The notes below the pieces were generated by a model. It saw nothing but the letters and a program-made list of their open reading frames with translations, made no database searches and had not been told where the DNA came from. Shown here piece by piece: positions 1 through 9,191 of a DNA stretch of 64,000 nt (its first letter is position 1; each line of letters starts with the position of its first letter). The stretch comes from a virus (Duplodnaviria > Caudoviricetes). Position numbers and translations under genes: made by a program. The stretch lies in IMG/VR virus record IMGVR_UViG_3300037067_011504, positions 29,766-93,765 of that record. One strand, given 5' to 3'.

Positions 1-2
1 AT

Positions 3-1679
3 AAGAGAGATTATTCACGTAATATCGAGTTTCAGTTTGACAGATTCATAAAGAGTATAGAATATAAGAAAGCTATGGATCCTGTATACGCATTTGGAGA
101 GAGTGTAAGAGGTTATCTTGATCTGCAGAATGATAAAGATCAACCTATGTATACAAACACTGTTAAGATGCTTGAGATGAAACTTACACAAGATGTACTT
201 GGCAGAACGATAAGGAAGAGATTGGTACGTAAACCTATTAAATGGTTTGGTAAGGAATATGAAGATAGAGAGGTTAAGGCTGATGCAGTATTTATCCTTA
301 TGAGAAGATGGGTATCGGCTACCACCATGTGGCTTAAACCATTTACGGGTACAGCGAATGGTGTACATGCTAACTACCTTAAACATAAAGATGGATTAAA
401 AGGTACTATAGCAAATAAGATATTTGGGATAGATAATGATGCAATTGATTATACTCTTTCTGATAGTCTTGCTGCAGATAAAGTATATTTTACTGAACAT
501 ATAGTAAATGCCATGACTGGTAAGATAAGACAAGATAAGACATGGTTATTACTTAAGAAACTTCATTACCTACCTGATAACTTTGATTTCATGTCATCTG
601 AGAAGTATTTATTATCATTACGTAACAGGATGATATCAGAGAGTACGATGTATACTTTTCATAGGATACCTGAAGAGTTTGTTGCTATGACAACAATGAT
701 AGCACAACTTAAACATCTTAAACATCCTACTATTAAGAAGAATGGTAAGAAAGTCAGCTTATGGGATCTATATGAAGTAGAGAAAGATGCAAATGGTATA
801 TATGACATAGTATGGAGAGGTGGATCGAGAGGTAAGATAAAGAAAGGATCAGGAAAAGAAGTGACATACGAAGATATGAAAGAGTTGCTTCCAAAAGAGA
901 TAGTTAAGTTAAAACGTGTTTATGAACGTATGCAAGGTGGTTACAGAAAAGAAGAGGCAGCAGCATTGGAAGTATATGTTCTCGGAAAAGTATTCATACA
1001 GCTGAAGAAGTACGCACCACGTCTATTACTTAATGCGTTTCAGAGTAAACGATGGGAAGATGATCTTGGTATGCTTAAAGCAACAGGAGAGAGACATGAA
1101 GAAGAAGATGTATACGAATGGATGGAAAGACTTAATGAAGGACGATTCAGGATACTTGGTAAGTTCTTATTCTCTACTATGATGATGGGAAGTGGGAACA
1201 GGGAATATAAATGGAGTAACATGCCACCGGAATTCAAACAACATATCATTGATGCATGTCTCACATTGGGTATATGGGCAACATCATATACAGCATATCT
1301 TAATATGTTTGGTGATGATAAGGATGATGATACACTTAAACGTATGTGGAAGATGTATCTATTACAGAACCTTAGTCAACAGTATAATCCTATTGAGTTA
1401 CTTAAATTAACTAAACAGATGTTAGAACCTGTAGCACTTACTAAGGCTATTGATACGTTTACAGCTATGGGGACACTTATGGCAGCAGGATTCGATGCAG
1501 GAGTACATGGTGATGCAGAGTTGTTATTTACTGATAAGGGTGATCTTAAGGGATGGAATAATCTCAGAAAAGCATTGCCAGGATTAGCAAGTTATACGGA
1601 TGCTATCAAGAGGATAGAAAACTTCGGTGATATAGATGTACAGTTTAGTCGTGTAGCTTCATTTGGGAAATATAGATAA
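3..1679 (+). CDS. C-terminal part of a giant virion (ejected cargo/RNAP-cluster) protein, 5'-truncated by the window edge
   Basis: Frame is open from nt 3 (KRDYSRNIEF...) into the 534-aa ORF. Helical with a hydrophobic C-terminal segment, like the last of the giant crAss-like virion genes. Confidence 0.6.
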   Translation, partial: KRDYSRNIEFQFDRFIKSIEYKKAMDPVYAFGESVRGYLDLQNDKDQPMYTNTVKMLEMKLTQDVLGRTIRKRLVRKPIKWFGKEYEDREVKADAVFILMRRWVSATTMWLKPFTGTANGVHANYLKHKDGLKGTIANKIFGIDNDAIDYTLSDSLAADKVYFTEHIVNAMTGKIRQDKTWLLLKKLHYLPDNFDFMSSEKYLLSLRNRMISESTMYTFHRIPEEFVAMTTMIAQLKHLKHPTIKKNGKKVSLWDLYEVEKDANGIYDIVWRGGSRGKIKKGSGKEVTYEDMKELLPKEIVKLKRVYERMQGGYRKEEAAALEVYVLGKVFIQLKKYAPRLLLNAFQSKRWEDDLGMLKATGERHEEEDVYEWMERLNEGRFRILGKFLFSTMMMGSGNREYKWSNMPPEFKQHIIDACLTLGIWATSYTAYLNMFGDDKDDDTLKRMWKMYLLQNLSQQYNPIELLKLTKQMLEPVALTKAIDTFTAMGTLMAAGFDAGVHGDAELLFTDKGDLKGWNNLRKALPGLASYTDAIKRIENFGDIDVQFSRVASFGKYR

Positions 1680-1703
1680 TAGGCTTAATAAATAATAGTA
1701 GTT

Positions 1704-2210
1704 ATGATAAATAAAAAACCGATAAAATATATAGATGATAATCTGATAAGATTAATAAATAATATTAATAAGAGGATTACAACATTATCTATGAATATTA
1801 GTAATGTAAGTTCTAATAATATTACTTTAGAAGTAGTTAAGTCTGATACGGATATAGCTACAGCAATATCGTCAAGTCATCAATCAGGTTCTGACAATCA
1901 AGATCTGAGTAATCTAGTAGTTAAAGAAACTGGTAAGTCACTTATAAGTGATATATTAATATCTGATATACATGCACCGGGTTCAGATAATCAAGATCTA
2001 TCATCATATGTACAGACGAACGATAGTAGACTAACTGATGCAAGAGAACCGTTGATACATGTACATGATAACTATGAACCAGCTAATGTAAATATACAAA
2101 GTCATATTTCATCTACTCATTTACAATTTTCAGGATTAACAAAAATAACTGTAGGAGATACAGCACCTATAAATCCTTCAGTTGGAGATTTATGGATTTC
2201 AACAATTTAA
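1704..2210 (+). CDS. small fibre/appendage-like virion protein
   Basis: Internal repeat HxxGSDNQDLS twice; C-terminal ITVGDTAPINPSVGDLWI fibre-type motif. Confidence 0.5.
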   Translation: MINKKPIKYIDDNLIRLINNINKRITTLSMNISNVSSNNITLEVVKSDTDIATAISSSHQSGSDNQDLSNLVVKETGKSLISDILISDIHAPGSDNQDLSSYVQTNDSRLTDAREPLIHVHDNYEPANVNIQSHISSTHLQFSGLTKITVGDTAPINPSVGDLWISTI

Positions 2211-2222
2211 TATTAAAATGAT

Positions 2223-2582
2223 ATGGCACAATCTATTTCTTATGCGCGTTTGGTTACAACAGCCACAACAGCAAAACAGACAATACTTACCAATACTCCG
2301 GCAAGTAACTTAAAGTTAAAGACTATTGTTATAGCAGGTTATCCTACTGTATGGTCAGCAACGGAAGCTAATCTTGGAACTATTTATCTACAAGTCGGAG
2401 GTGTAGATAAAATGGAGTTTAGACTACAGAATACCGATAATGATACTCTTGCAGGTATAGTAGTTATTCCTCTTGGTAATGGATTGATCTTCTCTGGATC
2501 AGAAGCAGTAGATGTAAAAGTTACTCCTGCAGCAGCAACATCTTATACATGGACGGCAAGTTTATTTTTTGATACTGTTTAG
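2223..2582 (+). CDS. hypothetical beta-rich virion-like protein
   Basis: Shares LQVxGVDKMEFR with the next gene. Confidence 0.55.
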   Translation: MAQSISYARLVTTATTAKQTILTNTPASNLKLKTIVIAGYPTVWSATEANLGTIYLQVGGVDKMEFRLQNTDNDTLAGIVVIPLGNGLIFSGSEAVDVKVTPAAATSYTWTASLFFDTV

Positions 2583-3506
2583 ATGATAGATAAACAAACT
2601 ATAACGATTGACTCACAAGAGAAGGTCGGTACATTACCTGATTTGACTTCTAACTGGTCAAGTAGAAGTCCATTACGTAATGGCACCGTTAGTATAGGTA
2701 AGTATACCGTACCTGATAATACAATGTCATGTATTAAATTCTTATGGCCTTTTGGACAATTTGCTAATATACCCAGAGTACCATCATTAACATCCATTCC
2801 TGTTGGTATTGTTAAGTTACAAGTCAATGGAGTAGATAAGATGGAGTTTCGTATAGGAGGAATTAAATCAACATTTGGCGGATCATTAGGTACAGCAGAC
2901 TTTGACATAAGTAGAAGACAACTTCTTTTATATGATGGTATACAATTTGTTGAAGGAGATGTAGTAAGACTTATTGTTACTCAGGATAAACTGACTACTA
3001 CAGGAACACCTCAAGTGTGCTATAATGTATCATTCATAGGTGTTAATACTTCTACTGGTGCAACGATAATAGAGAAACAGAGAACTATAATAACAGTAGA
3101 GACGGCTAATCAAATCATTGCTTCATATACTGTCTTATCTGGTGGATTAACTTTACAAGATTTGACAATACAAACCCAAGTAGGTGATTTCATGATGGGA
3201 CATATGCAGATACTTGTTAATGGCATGGTAGTAATGGAATTCCCTGTATCAGATTCGATGGGATGTACAAGACCTAGTGGTGGTATGTTTGGAATGATAC
3301 CATTCTATGATGGACTTAATTTTGGAGCAGGAAATACTATTGAAGCACGAATAGATCCATCGGTATCTGTTAATCAGAAATTTCATATGTTTACTGTAGG
3401 AGAGGAAACAGTCATTGGAGGAGCACCTATTGATAGTAAACTTAAGAGATGGACAGGAGAGGAATGGGTATCAGTCGGTACTCTGGTCAGTTTCCAGCCA
3501 CTATAA
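2583..3506 (+). CDS. hypothetical virion-like protein with two copies of the 2223-2582 domain
   Basis: LQVNGVDKMEFR and ILVNGMVVMEF; ends in LKRWTGEEWV. Confidence 0.55.
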   Translation: MIDKQTITIDSQEKVGTLPDLTSNWSSRSPLRNGTVSIGKYTVPDNTMSCIKFLWPFGQFANIPRVPSLTSIPVGIVKLQVNGVDKMEFRIGGIKSTFGGSLGTADFDISRRQLLLYDGIQFVEGDVVRLIVTQDKLTTTGTPQVCYNVSFIGVNTSTGATIIEKQRTIITVETANQIIASYTVLSGGLTLQDLTIQTQVGDFMMGHMQILVNGMVVMEFPVSDSMGCTRPSGGMFGMIPFYDGLNFGAGNTIEARIDPSVSVNQKFHMFTVGEETVIGGAPIDSKLKRWTGEEWVSVGTLVSFQPL

Positions 3507-3510
3507 AAAA

Positions 3511-3560
3511 AAGGTAAAAAAGATCCCGGGTTAGCAAAACCCGGGATTCTTAATTACCTT
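3511..3560. terminator. intrinsic terminator between the convergent gene blocks (U-tract on - strand)
   Basis: ATCCCGGGTT-AGCAA-AACCCGGGAT stem, extended by AAGGTAA/TTACCTT. Confidence 0.8.
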
Positions 3561-3578
3561 CAGTCATGAACAAAAAAT
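3515..3578 (-). ncRNA. candidate 3'UTR sRNA antisense to a translation start
   Basis: UUGUUCAUGACUGAA immediately 5' of the terminator is complementary to the start region of gene 31874-32260. Confidence 0.35.
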
Positions 3579-3579
3579 A

Positions 3580-3813
3580 TTATTTATATTCTTTTTTATA
3601 AATTATAATAAATAGCCATTTTATATTATGTCCTATTAATTGTATTGGATAAGTATATTTATCACCTTCTTGTTTTGGATTTTCTAATACTTTACAATGA
3701 TATATTATTTTAAAACCCAACCATCTTAAATACCATGGTAAAACTTTAAAATGTACTAATGTATCATTCTTTTTAAAAAATGAATCATTAAAAGTTAATT
3801 GAAATTTTTCCAT
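3580..3813 (-). CDS. small protein resembling an MCP insertion-domain segment
   Basis: KFQLTFNDSFF..TLV...YHCKVLENPKQEG..YTYPIQL versus MCP aa 105-151. Confidence 0.55.
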   Translation of the reverse strand: MEKFQLTFNDSFFKKNDTLVHFKVLPWYLRWLGFKIIYHCKVLENPKQEGDKYTYPIQLIGHNIKWLFIIIYKKEYK

Positions 3814-4205
3814 TATTGATATGATCTTACTTGTTCTATTAATTCTTTAGCAAGTAGAGGATTCTCTCCTTCTACTGATTGAGCATAAGCAATAGCAGCT
3901 TTCTGTGCATGAGGATCATCATCCACTCTTAATACGAAGTACCATGCATCAGGATCAATTTCTGAACCATCTGCTTTGCTGATGATATATTTACTTGCTT
4001 GTAATCCGCCTTTCTTATATCCTTTCTTAATAGGTAGTTCAGTTTTATTATATATCTCACATAATATCCTTCCTGTATCGATATCTTTTTTTATTATTTT
4101 GATCCAATAAGGATAATTCATGTAACATTCATCATCATTTACATAGATTTTGTTTCCTTGTTCAAATAGAGCAAGATGTTTTTCTTCAAGTAATATTTTT
4201 TCCAT
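3813..4205 (-). CDS. hypothetical phage protein (YFVLRxDxDPHA..A..AYA domain)
   Basis: Motif recurrent in small phage proteins. Confidence 0.6.
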   Translation of the reverse strand: MEKILLEEKHLALFEQGNKIYVNDDECYMNYPYWIKIIKKDIDTGRILCEIYNKTELPIKKGYKKGGLQASKYIISKADGSEIDPDAWYFVLRVDDDPHAQKAAIAYAQSVEGENPLLAKELIEQVRSYQ

Positions 4206-4516
4206 TAGAATAATATTTTTTGTATCGGTTCTCTCAGTAATATATCAATTGATTTAATAAATAGATTACCATCATTCATATATCTCAATAGGTTTTTTCT
4301 ATTGGATGAATAGGTAAGATATCTTGAATAGTACTGATTGGTTTGTGGATTGTATACTATCAATTCTATTCCTTCTCTTATCTCAGCATTTTCAGCAGTT
4401 AGTATCTCTCCTTCAGGAGGTAGTTTAAATATTTCTTTTATATTAGTCATTTTCTCATATCCTTCAGGAAGTGATTGGTAATACTCTAATTCGGTTTCTG
4501 TAACTATCTTATCCAT
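4205..4516 (-). CDS. hypothetical protein
   Basis: Translationally coupled ORF in the operon. Confidence 0.6.
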   Translation of the reverse strand: MDKIVTETELEYYQSLPEGYEKMTNIKEIFKLPPEGEILTAENAEIREGIELIVYNPQTNQYYSRYLTYSSNRKNLLRYMNDGNLFIKSIDILLREPIQKILF

Positions 4517-4814
4517 TTAATTCTCTATTAAAAGCATCTTCTTCTTCATCAGGATCACCATATATAAGTTTATCTATTTCATCATCATAATCTTTATCAT
4601 CTTTCTCTTTATATATCTGAAACATCTCTTCCATTGTATGTTCAGTTACTGGCATATAATGATCACAAATATACTTCATGAAATCTCTTATTTCTTTTGC
4701 TTCTTCACAATATAGATCTTCTACAATATATAAATAAGCGTTTCCAAAATTATATCCCTGACTCTTTAAAGCATGAGATATAATATAACAATTTCTTTCT
4801 CCTAATTTTTCCAT
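4509..4814 (-). CDS. hypothetical acidic protein
   Basis: Coupled ORF with acidic C-terminus. Confidence 0.6.
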   Translation of the reverse strand: MEKLGERNCYIISHALKSQGYNFGNAYLYIVEDLYCEEAKEIRDFMKYICDHYMPVTEHTMEEMFQIYKEKDDKDYDDEIDKLIYGDPDEEEDAFNRELNG

Positions 4815-4815
4815 A

Positions 4816-5190
4816 TTATTTATGTAAATATTTAAATGAAGATAAATTAATAAAACTCTTTTTTATATCATCAATTCTTTTTCCCATTGCATTTCTAATA
4901 TTTTTACTACATGTTTCTTGTGCTTCTCTATTTTCTTTAACACTATCTCTTATTTGCCATAGATGATGACAATAAGGATGATAATTAACAAATTGAGTTT
5001 TAGAAGGAAATAGTTGAGCCATGAGAATATTATCAGGAATATATTTATATCTTGCTTCTTTAATTTCTTTATAAGAAGGAGAATTATATTTTGTACTTAT
5101 AGATAGATGCCATAATCCTTCATCAATAGATATTATTATATCACATCTTCCCATCTTAAATGTTCCAGTTTTATATTCTTTTTCTTCCAT
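4816..5190 (-). CDS. conserved phage protein (WHLSIS...VNxHPYCxHLW family)
   Basis: His-rich conserved motifs. Confidence 0.65.
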   Translation of the reverse strand: MEEKEYKTGTFKMGRCDIIISIDEGLWHLSISTKYNSPSYKEIKEARYKYIPDNILMAQLFPSKTQFVNYHPYCHHLWQIRDSVKENREAQETCSKNIRNAMGKRIDDIKKSFINLSSFKYLHK

Positions 5191-5192
5191 TA

Positions 5193-5849
5193 TTATTTAT
5201 TTATTAAATCTGGAAAATGTTTAAGGATATTGTGTTTATAGTATATATTAGGATGGTTAATTGTTTTTAACCAATCTCTGTCTGGTATTCTTGCACCAGG
5301 ACCAGTCTCTGCACCTATAATTAAAAGATCCAATGAGTATGATGAATAGTAGTTATTAAAATCAAATCTATCTACAGGTCCTAATATAGGCTCAAGAGAC
5401 ACAAATAAGGGGCATAATGTATGAGAGGTAGATCTTATTAACCATTGTACTCTATCGAAGTCCTTATTGCTTGTTATAGTAGTCCCTAACATACAATTAC
5501 CAGGCCATTGATAATTCTTATACTTCATTGGTCTTTTAGAAAGAAACATGAACAGATGTTGAGGATTTTCGTTTACTACTTTAAGTATCTCATATATCCA
5601 GTTCTGATGTACACCTTCACTAAATATGTCGGACATTGAACCAACGAATATCTTAGCTCCTTTTTTCTTTTTATATGGTTCTTGTAATCTTTTTTCAAAG
5701 AATTCCGGTCTATTCCATTGATCGATCCATTTAAATCGTCTATTCATTGCTTCTGCATAACATTGGAATTCCTGACAGTTATTAGCACATCCAACGATGG
5801 GATTAAATGACCATTTTGCCCATCCGATAGTTTTACTTATATCATTCAT
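5193..5849 (-). CDS. DUF5131 (Gp37/Gp68-like) radical-SAM-like protein
   Basis: WSFNPIVGC..C....CYA, IFVGSMSDIF, FVSLEPILG, IIGAETG. Confidence 0.85.
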   Translation of the reverse strand: MNDISKTIGWAKWSFNPIVGCANNCQEFQCYAEAMNRRFKWIDQWNRPEFFEKRLQEPYKKKKGAKIFVGSMSDIFSEGVHQNWIYEILKVVNENPQHLFMFLSKRPMKYKNYQWPGNCMLGTTITSNKDFDRVQWLIRSTSHTLCPLFVSLEPILGPVDRFDFNNYYSSYSLDLLIIGAETGPGARIPDRDWLKTINHPNIYYKHNILKHFPDLINK

Positions 5850-5852
5850 AAT

Positions 5853-6728
5853 CTAGTCTTTAAGATTATTAACAAATTTCTTTAATTCACTTCTATAAGT
5901 AATTCGTTCATCTCTTTCCTGTGCAAGAAGATCTTCGTATTTACTTTGATCAAATATCTCGAGTATTGCGTCTTCACATAGTTTCATTAATTCTTCAGGT
6001 CTAACAGCATCTAATTCTACTTGTCCTAATCCTTCCCATTTAGCAGTACGTGAATCAGTAAGTTTTGTAGGCGCTGGTGGTAAATTCCATTCTTCTACTT
6101 GTTCTTGCATTAATGCAATTCTTCTTACTTCAACATCGATTCCAAATCTATTGAGATTATCATATATACTTCTTGGTATATCTTCTCCTGATGGATCATA
6201 ATCTCCAAAATAAAGTATTATTGGGATCTTATCATTTAAATAAGCATGTTCAAATCTTCCATAAGCATCATTTAAGAATGTTAACGAAGGATATCCTTTA
6301 CATGCACCTAATGCTATTGACCAATCGTTACATATATTTTTAAATACTCCTTGTAATGCTTTCTTTTCAATAAATATTTCTGGATAATATGGTTGATTTT
6401 CCCATTTATTTTTATGATAATTCTGCATCCATAGTTTTATTTGATGTTGAGCATTATCAATTTCATCATCTAATATTGTTTCTTTCCAGTTTGTTTCTCC
6501 TACCATAGTACGATCAAGATCTGAGAATTGATCGAAATCTATTTTATCATCCCATCTGGCATCAATCATTGCTACAACAACACGTTTATAATGTTGTATA
6601 TCATTAGTCATTCCAAGTCCTACTAGTTGATAATGTAAAGCACGAAGAGTTAATATCCCTTTTTCATATCTATTACATATATCAATAGAATTATCTATTA
6701 TCCATTCTTTTGTAAATATGTCTTTCAT
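5853..6728 (-). CDS. Topo VI-A/JetD-like TOPRIM domain protein
   Basis: TLRxLHYQL, FIEKKAL, KGYPS, YFGDYDPSG, ELDA. Confidence 0.75.
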   Translation of the reverse strand: MKDIFTKEWIIDNSIDICNRYEKGILTLRALHYQLVGLGMTNDIQHYKRVVVAMIDARWDDKIDFDQFSDLDRTMVGETNWKETILDDEIDNAQHQIKLWMQNYHKNKWENQPYYPEIFIEKKALQGVFKNICNDWSIALGACKGYPSLTFLNDAYGRFEHAYLNDKIPIILYFGDYDPSGEDIPRSIYDNLNRFGIDVEVRRIALMQEQVEEWNLPPAPTKLTDSRTAKWEGLGQVELDAVRPEELMKLCEDAILEIFDQSKYEDLLAQERDERITYRSELKKFVNNLKD

Positions 6729-6731
6729 AAT

Positions 6732-7202
6732 CTAATTAGTTTTCATTGTATAATAAGCAATAAGAATAGCATCAGCAGTATTATTAGATATTGGTTGATT
6801 AGGTAATATCCTTTGAAGATATTCTCTTAATCTTCTCTTCCATTCTACTTTGCTTTCTGTTTTATCCTTTTTAAGGTTATAATATTTCATCCATGTCTGT
6901 GGAGTAACTTCTTTAAAAGGAATATCAAGAGCTAATAAAGCCATCTCTATATGACCTACATTCTTCATAAATGTAGAAACAGATGATACTCCCATTCCTG
7001 GCATTCCATGAACCTTCTCAAGAACACATGAGATATTACAAGAAAAAATAATAGATTGTTTTAATAATTTATACCATTCTTTTGTAGTATGTTTAGCGAA
7101 TTCAATTGTATGTATTTCTTTTAACTTGTTATCAATAGTGTATATTAATGCGATACATCCACTTGAAGATCCTGGATCGATTCCTATATATATATTATTC
7201 AT
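6732..7202 (-). CDS. RuvC-like Holliday junction resolvase
   Basis: YIGIDPG, VLEKV, VTPQTW, ADAILIA. Confidence 0.8.
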   Translation of the reverse strand: MNNIYIGIDPGSSSGCIALIYTIDNKLKEIHTIEFAKHTTKEWYKLLKQSIIFSCNISCVLEKVHGMPGMGVSSVSTFMKNVGHIEMALLALDIPFKEVTPQTWMKYYNLKKDKTESKVEWKRRLREYLQRILPNQPISNNTADAILIAYYTMKTN

Positions 7203-7316
7203 TTTTAATAATAGTTTTTAAATGTTTATCATTATAATCCTTACAAATAGCTGCAATAGCTTCAAATAAATTATCTTTAGTCTTTTGTATTAACTGTTTC
7301 TTATTATTTTTTCTTT

Positions 7317-7526
7317 TCATTGGGGATATGTTACTATTTTAATAAATTCTTTAGCTTCATCTTTTGATATAATATTAAGATTTAATAGTTGGTTTGCATA
7401 ATATGATGATGAAATAGGATGCATATTACGTAAAAGAGTTATATAATCCATACTAGTTACTGTTTCTTTTAATAGTTTATTTACAGCTATTACTTCACAT
7501 TCTAATATTTTTTTTATACTATTCAT
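7317..7526 (-). CDS. hypothetical protein
   Basis: Coupled ORF. Confidence 0.55.
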   Translation of the reverse strand: MNSIKKILECEVIAVNKLLKETVTSMDYITLLRNMHPISSSYYANQLLNLNIISKDEAKEFIKIVTYPQ

Positions 7527-7846
7527 GGTTTGTATGTTTTTATTTTACAATATGTATCTAAGTAATAATCTATGGTGTCCCATGTAATACCTATAGAAGC
7601 ATCATGTTTTGAGATCATTTCATGTAATGCTATAATAAACATATCTTTATTGTAATATAGATCCCAGTCATCTGCTCCATTACAATTCTGTATTGCTTGA
7701 CCTTCAAAATCTTCTTCACTCCATGAGATACATTCTTTAGCTTTTTTACGTAATAGATCTTGTACTGTGATAGCAGGATAATAATCTGTATTATTAAATC
7801 TTACTATCTTCTTGTTAAGTTTATTTATTAAGTCTTCTATATACAT
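7523..7846 (-). CDS. hypothetical phage protein (HDAxxGITW motif)
   Basis: Coupled ORF with a recurrent phage motif. Confidence 0.6.
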   Translation of the reverse strand: MYIEDLINKLNKKIVRFNNTDYYPAITVQDLLRKKAKECISWSEEDFEGQAIQNCNGADDWDLYYNKDMFIIALHEMISKHDASIGITWDTIDYYLDTYCKIKTYKP

Positions 7847-8208
7847 TAGATATTAAATATAAATTCCCATATATTAAAATTAAGATATACCTCATTCAAT
7901 ATTATGAATGAAATAAGCAAGACGATTGAGATAAGGATAAATCTCATTAACATTCTTTGTTTACGTCTTGAGATATTTATCTCATATGTCTCGATAAATG
8001 TTATTATAGATAGTGTTAAGATTACTATAGGACCACTACACATGAATGATTGTATGATAAACCATATAAAACTACTAATAATGACATATGAGTCTATTGT
8101 AGGAGCTATTTTAGCACCATGAAATTTGTTTATAAACATATTAATGTCTAATAGATTTATCAGACAATAAAATATTATTATTATACCTATTATAAATGTT
8201 AGTATCAT
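7846..8208 (-). CDS. membrane protein
   Basis: 3-4 hydrophobic segments. Confidence 0.55.
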   Translation of the reverse strand: MILTFIIGIIIIFYCLINLLDINMFINKFHGAKIAPTIDSYVIISSFIWFIIQSFMCSGPIVILTLSIITFIETYEINISRRKQRMLMRFILISIVLLISFIILNEVYLNFNIWEFIFNI

Positions 8209-8582
8209 CAGTCGTTGGAAAATTGCGTATCATACCATTTAATGATTCTCACTAATACTTTGAATGATCCTTCTATATGTGACCATTTAAGACTACTTCT
8301 CATATCTTTTACCATATCATTAATCTCTCTTCTTAGATGAGGATTCATCTTAAGAGTAGGGATAAGAACATCTCTATGAAGTTTATTCCAAACAAAATGG
8401 AGCCAGTTCCAATCACTATCGAACATAAACCCATCTGTATTTAATTCCATTTCTCCGGTATCTTCTTTAAAATTATTAGGTACATGATATACCACATACC
8501 CATTATCATCTTTATAAGACACAGGCCAATCAAGAAAATCGGCTATTAATTCATTACCTTCTATACGTTCTTTATTTGTCAT
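8208..8582 (-). CDS. conserved Bacteroidota-phage protein
   Basis: NELIADF...FDSDWNWL motif. Confidence 0.6.
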   Translation of the reverse strand: MTNKERIEGNELIADFLDWPVSYKDDNGYVVYHVPNNFKEDTGEMELNTDGFMFDSDWNWLHFVWNKLHRDVLIPTLKMNPHLRREINDMVKDMRSSLKWSHIEGSFKVLVRIIKWYDTQFSND

Positions 8583-9172
8583 TATTCTTTATCTTCAGGT
8601 AATTCGAAATTAATATCCATCTTATCTTCTTCATTAAGATCTGTTATAAACTGTTCTTCGGAATAATCTCCTGTATTATTATCATCTGATAATGAGTCAT
8701 CATCTGCAGCTATCTCATCAGTTGTGATATTCACCTGGTCATCTATTGTAAGTTGTTTAACACCTGTTTTCTTTCCAGTAAGAAAATGATGTACTTCAAG
8801 ACTCAATGTAGATAGTTTCTGTGCTAATTCTTCTTCGAATCTATAACTATCTCCATCGGTATCTATAGAAGGAGATGAAATTCCTATAACACCTCCATTA
8901 TCAGTAGTTAGCTTACCAGTAAGTATAATTTTATCTCCATTGTATTTAAAACCTGTTATCTCATATATTCCGGCATACTCCTTATCAGCATGGAATATAT
9001 CAGCAAGATAATGATTAAGTCCTTTAAGAGCATTAAGGAGATCAATATGAGGTTGATCTTCTATTACATCGGTACGTGAACGGTTAAGTTCCGGAACGAA
9101 ATAATCAATTTTAATTGTTTGTGAGTTCTTTGTTTTTTCTAATTTAAAACCTGTAATGTTTTCTGCATTCAT
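8582..9172 (-). CDS. hypothetical protein with acidic tail
   Basis: PHxDL motif, acidic C-terminus. Confidence 0.6.
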   Translation of the reverse strand: MNAENITGFKLEKTKNSQTIKIDYFVPELNRSRTDVIEDQPHIDLLNALKGLNHYLADIFHADKEYAGIYEITGFKYNGDKIILTGKLTTDNGGVIGISSPSIDTDGDSYRFEEELAQKLSTLSLEVHHFLTGKKTGVKQLTIDDQVNITTDEIAADDDSLSDDNNTGDYSEEQFITDLNEEDKMDINFELPEDKE

Positions 9173-9191
9173 TTTGTTTAGTTATTAATTA

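Noticed and set aside
4205-4516. Terminase fragment (NRKNLLRY versus NKEMLLRY)
   Set aside because: A single short word, expected by chance.
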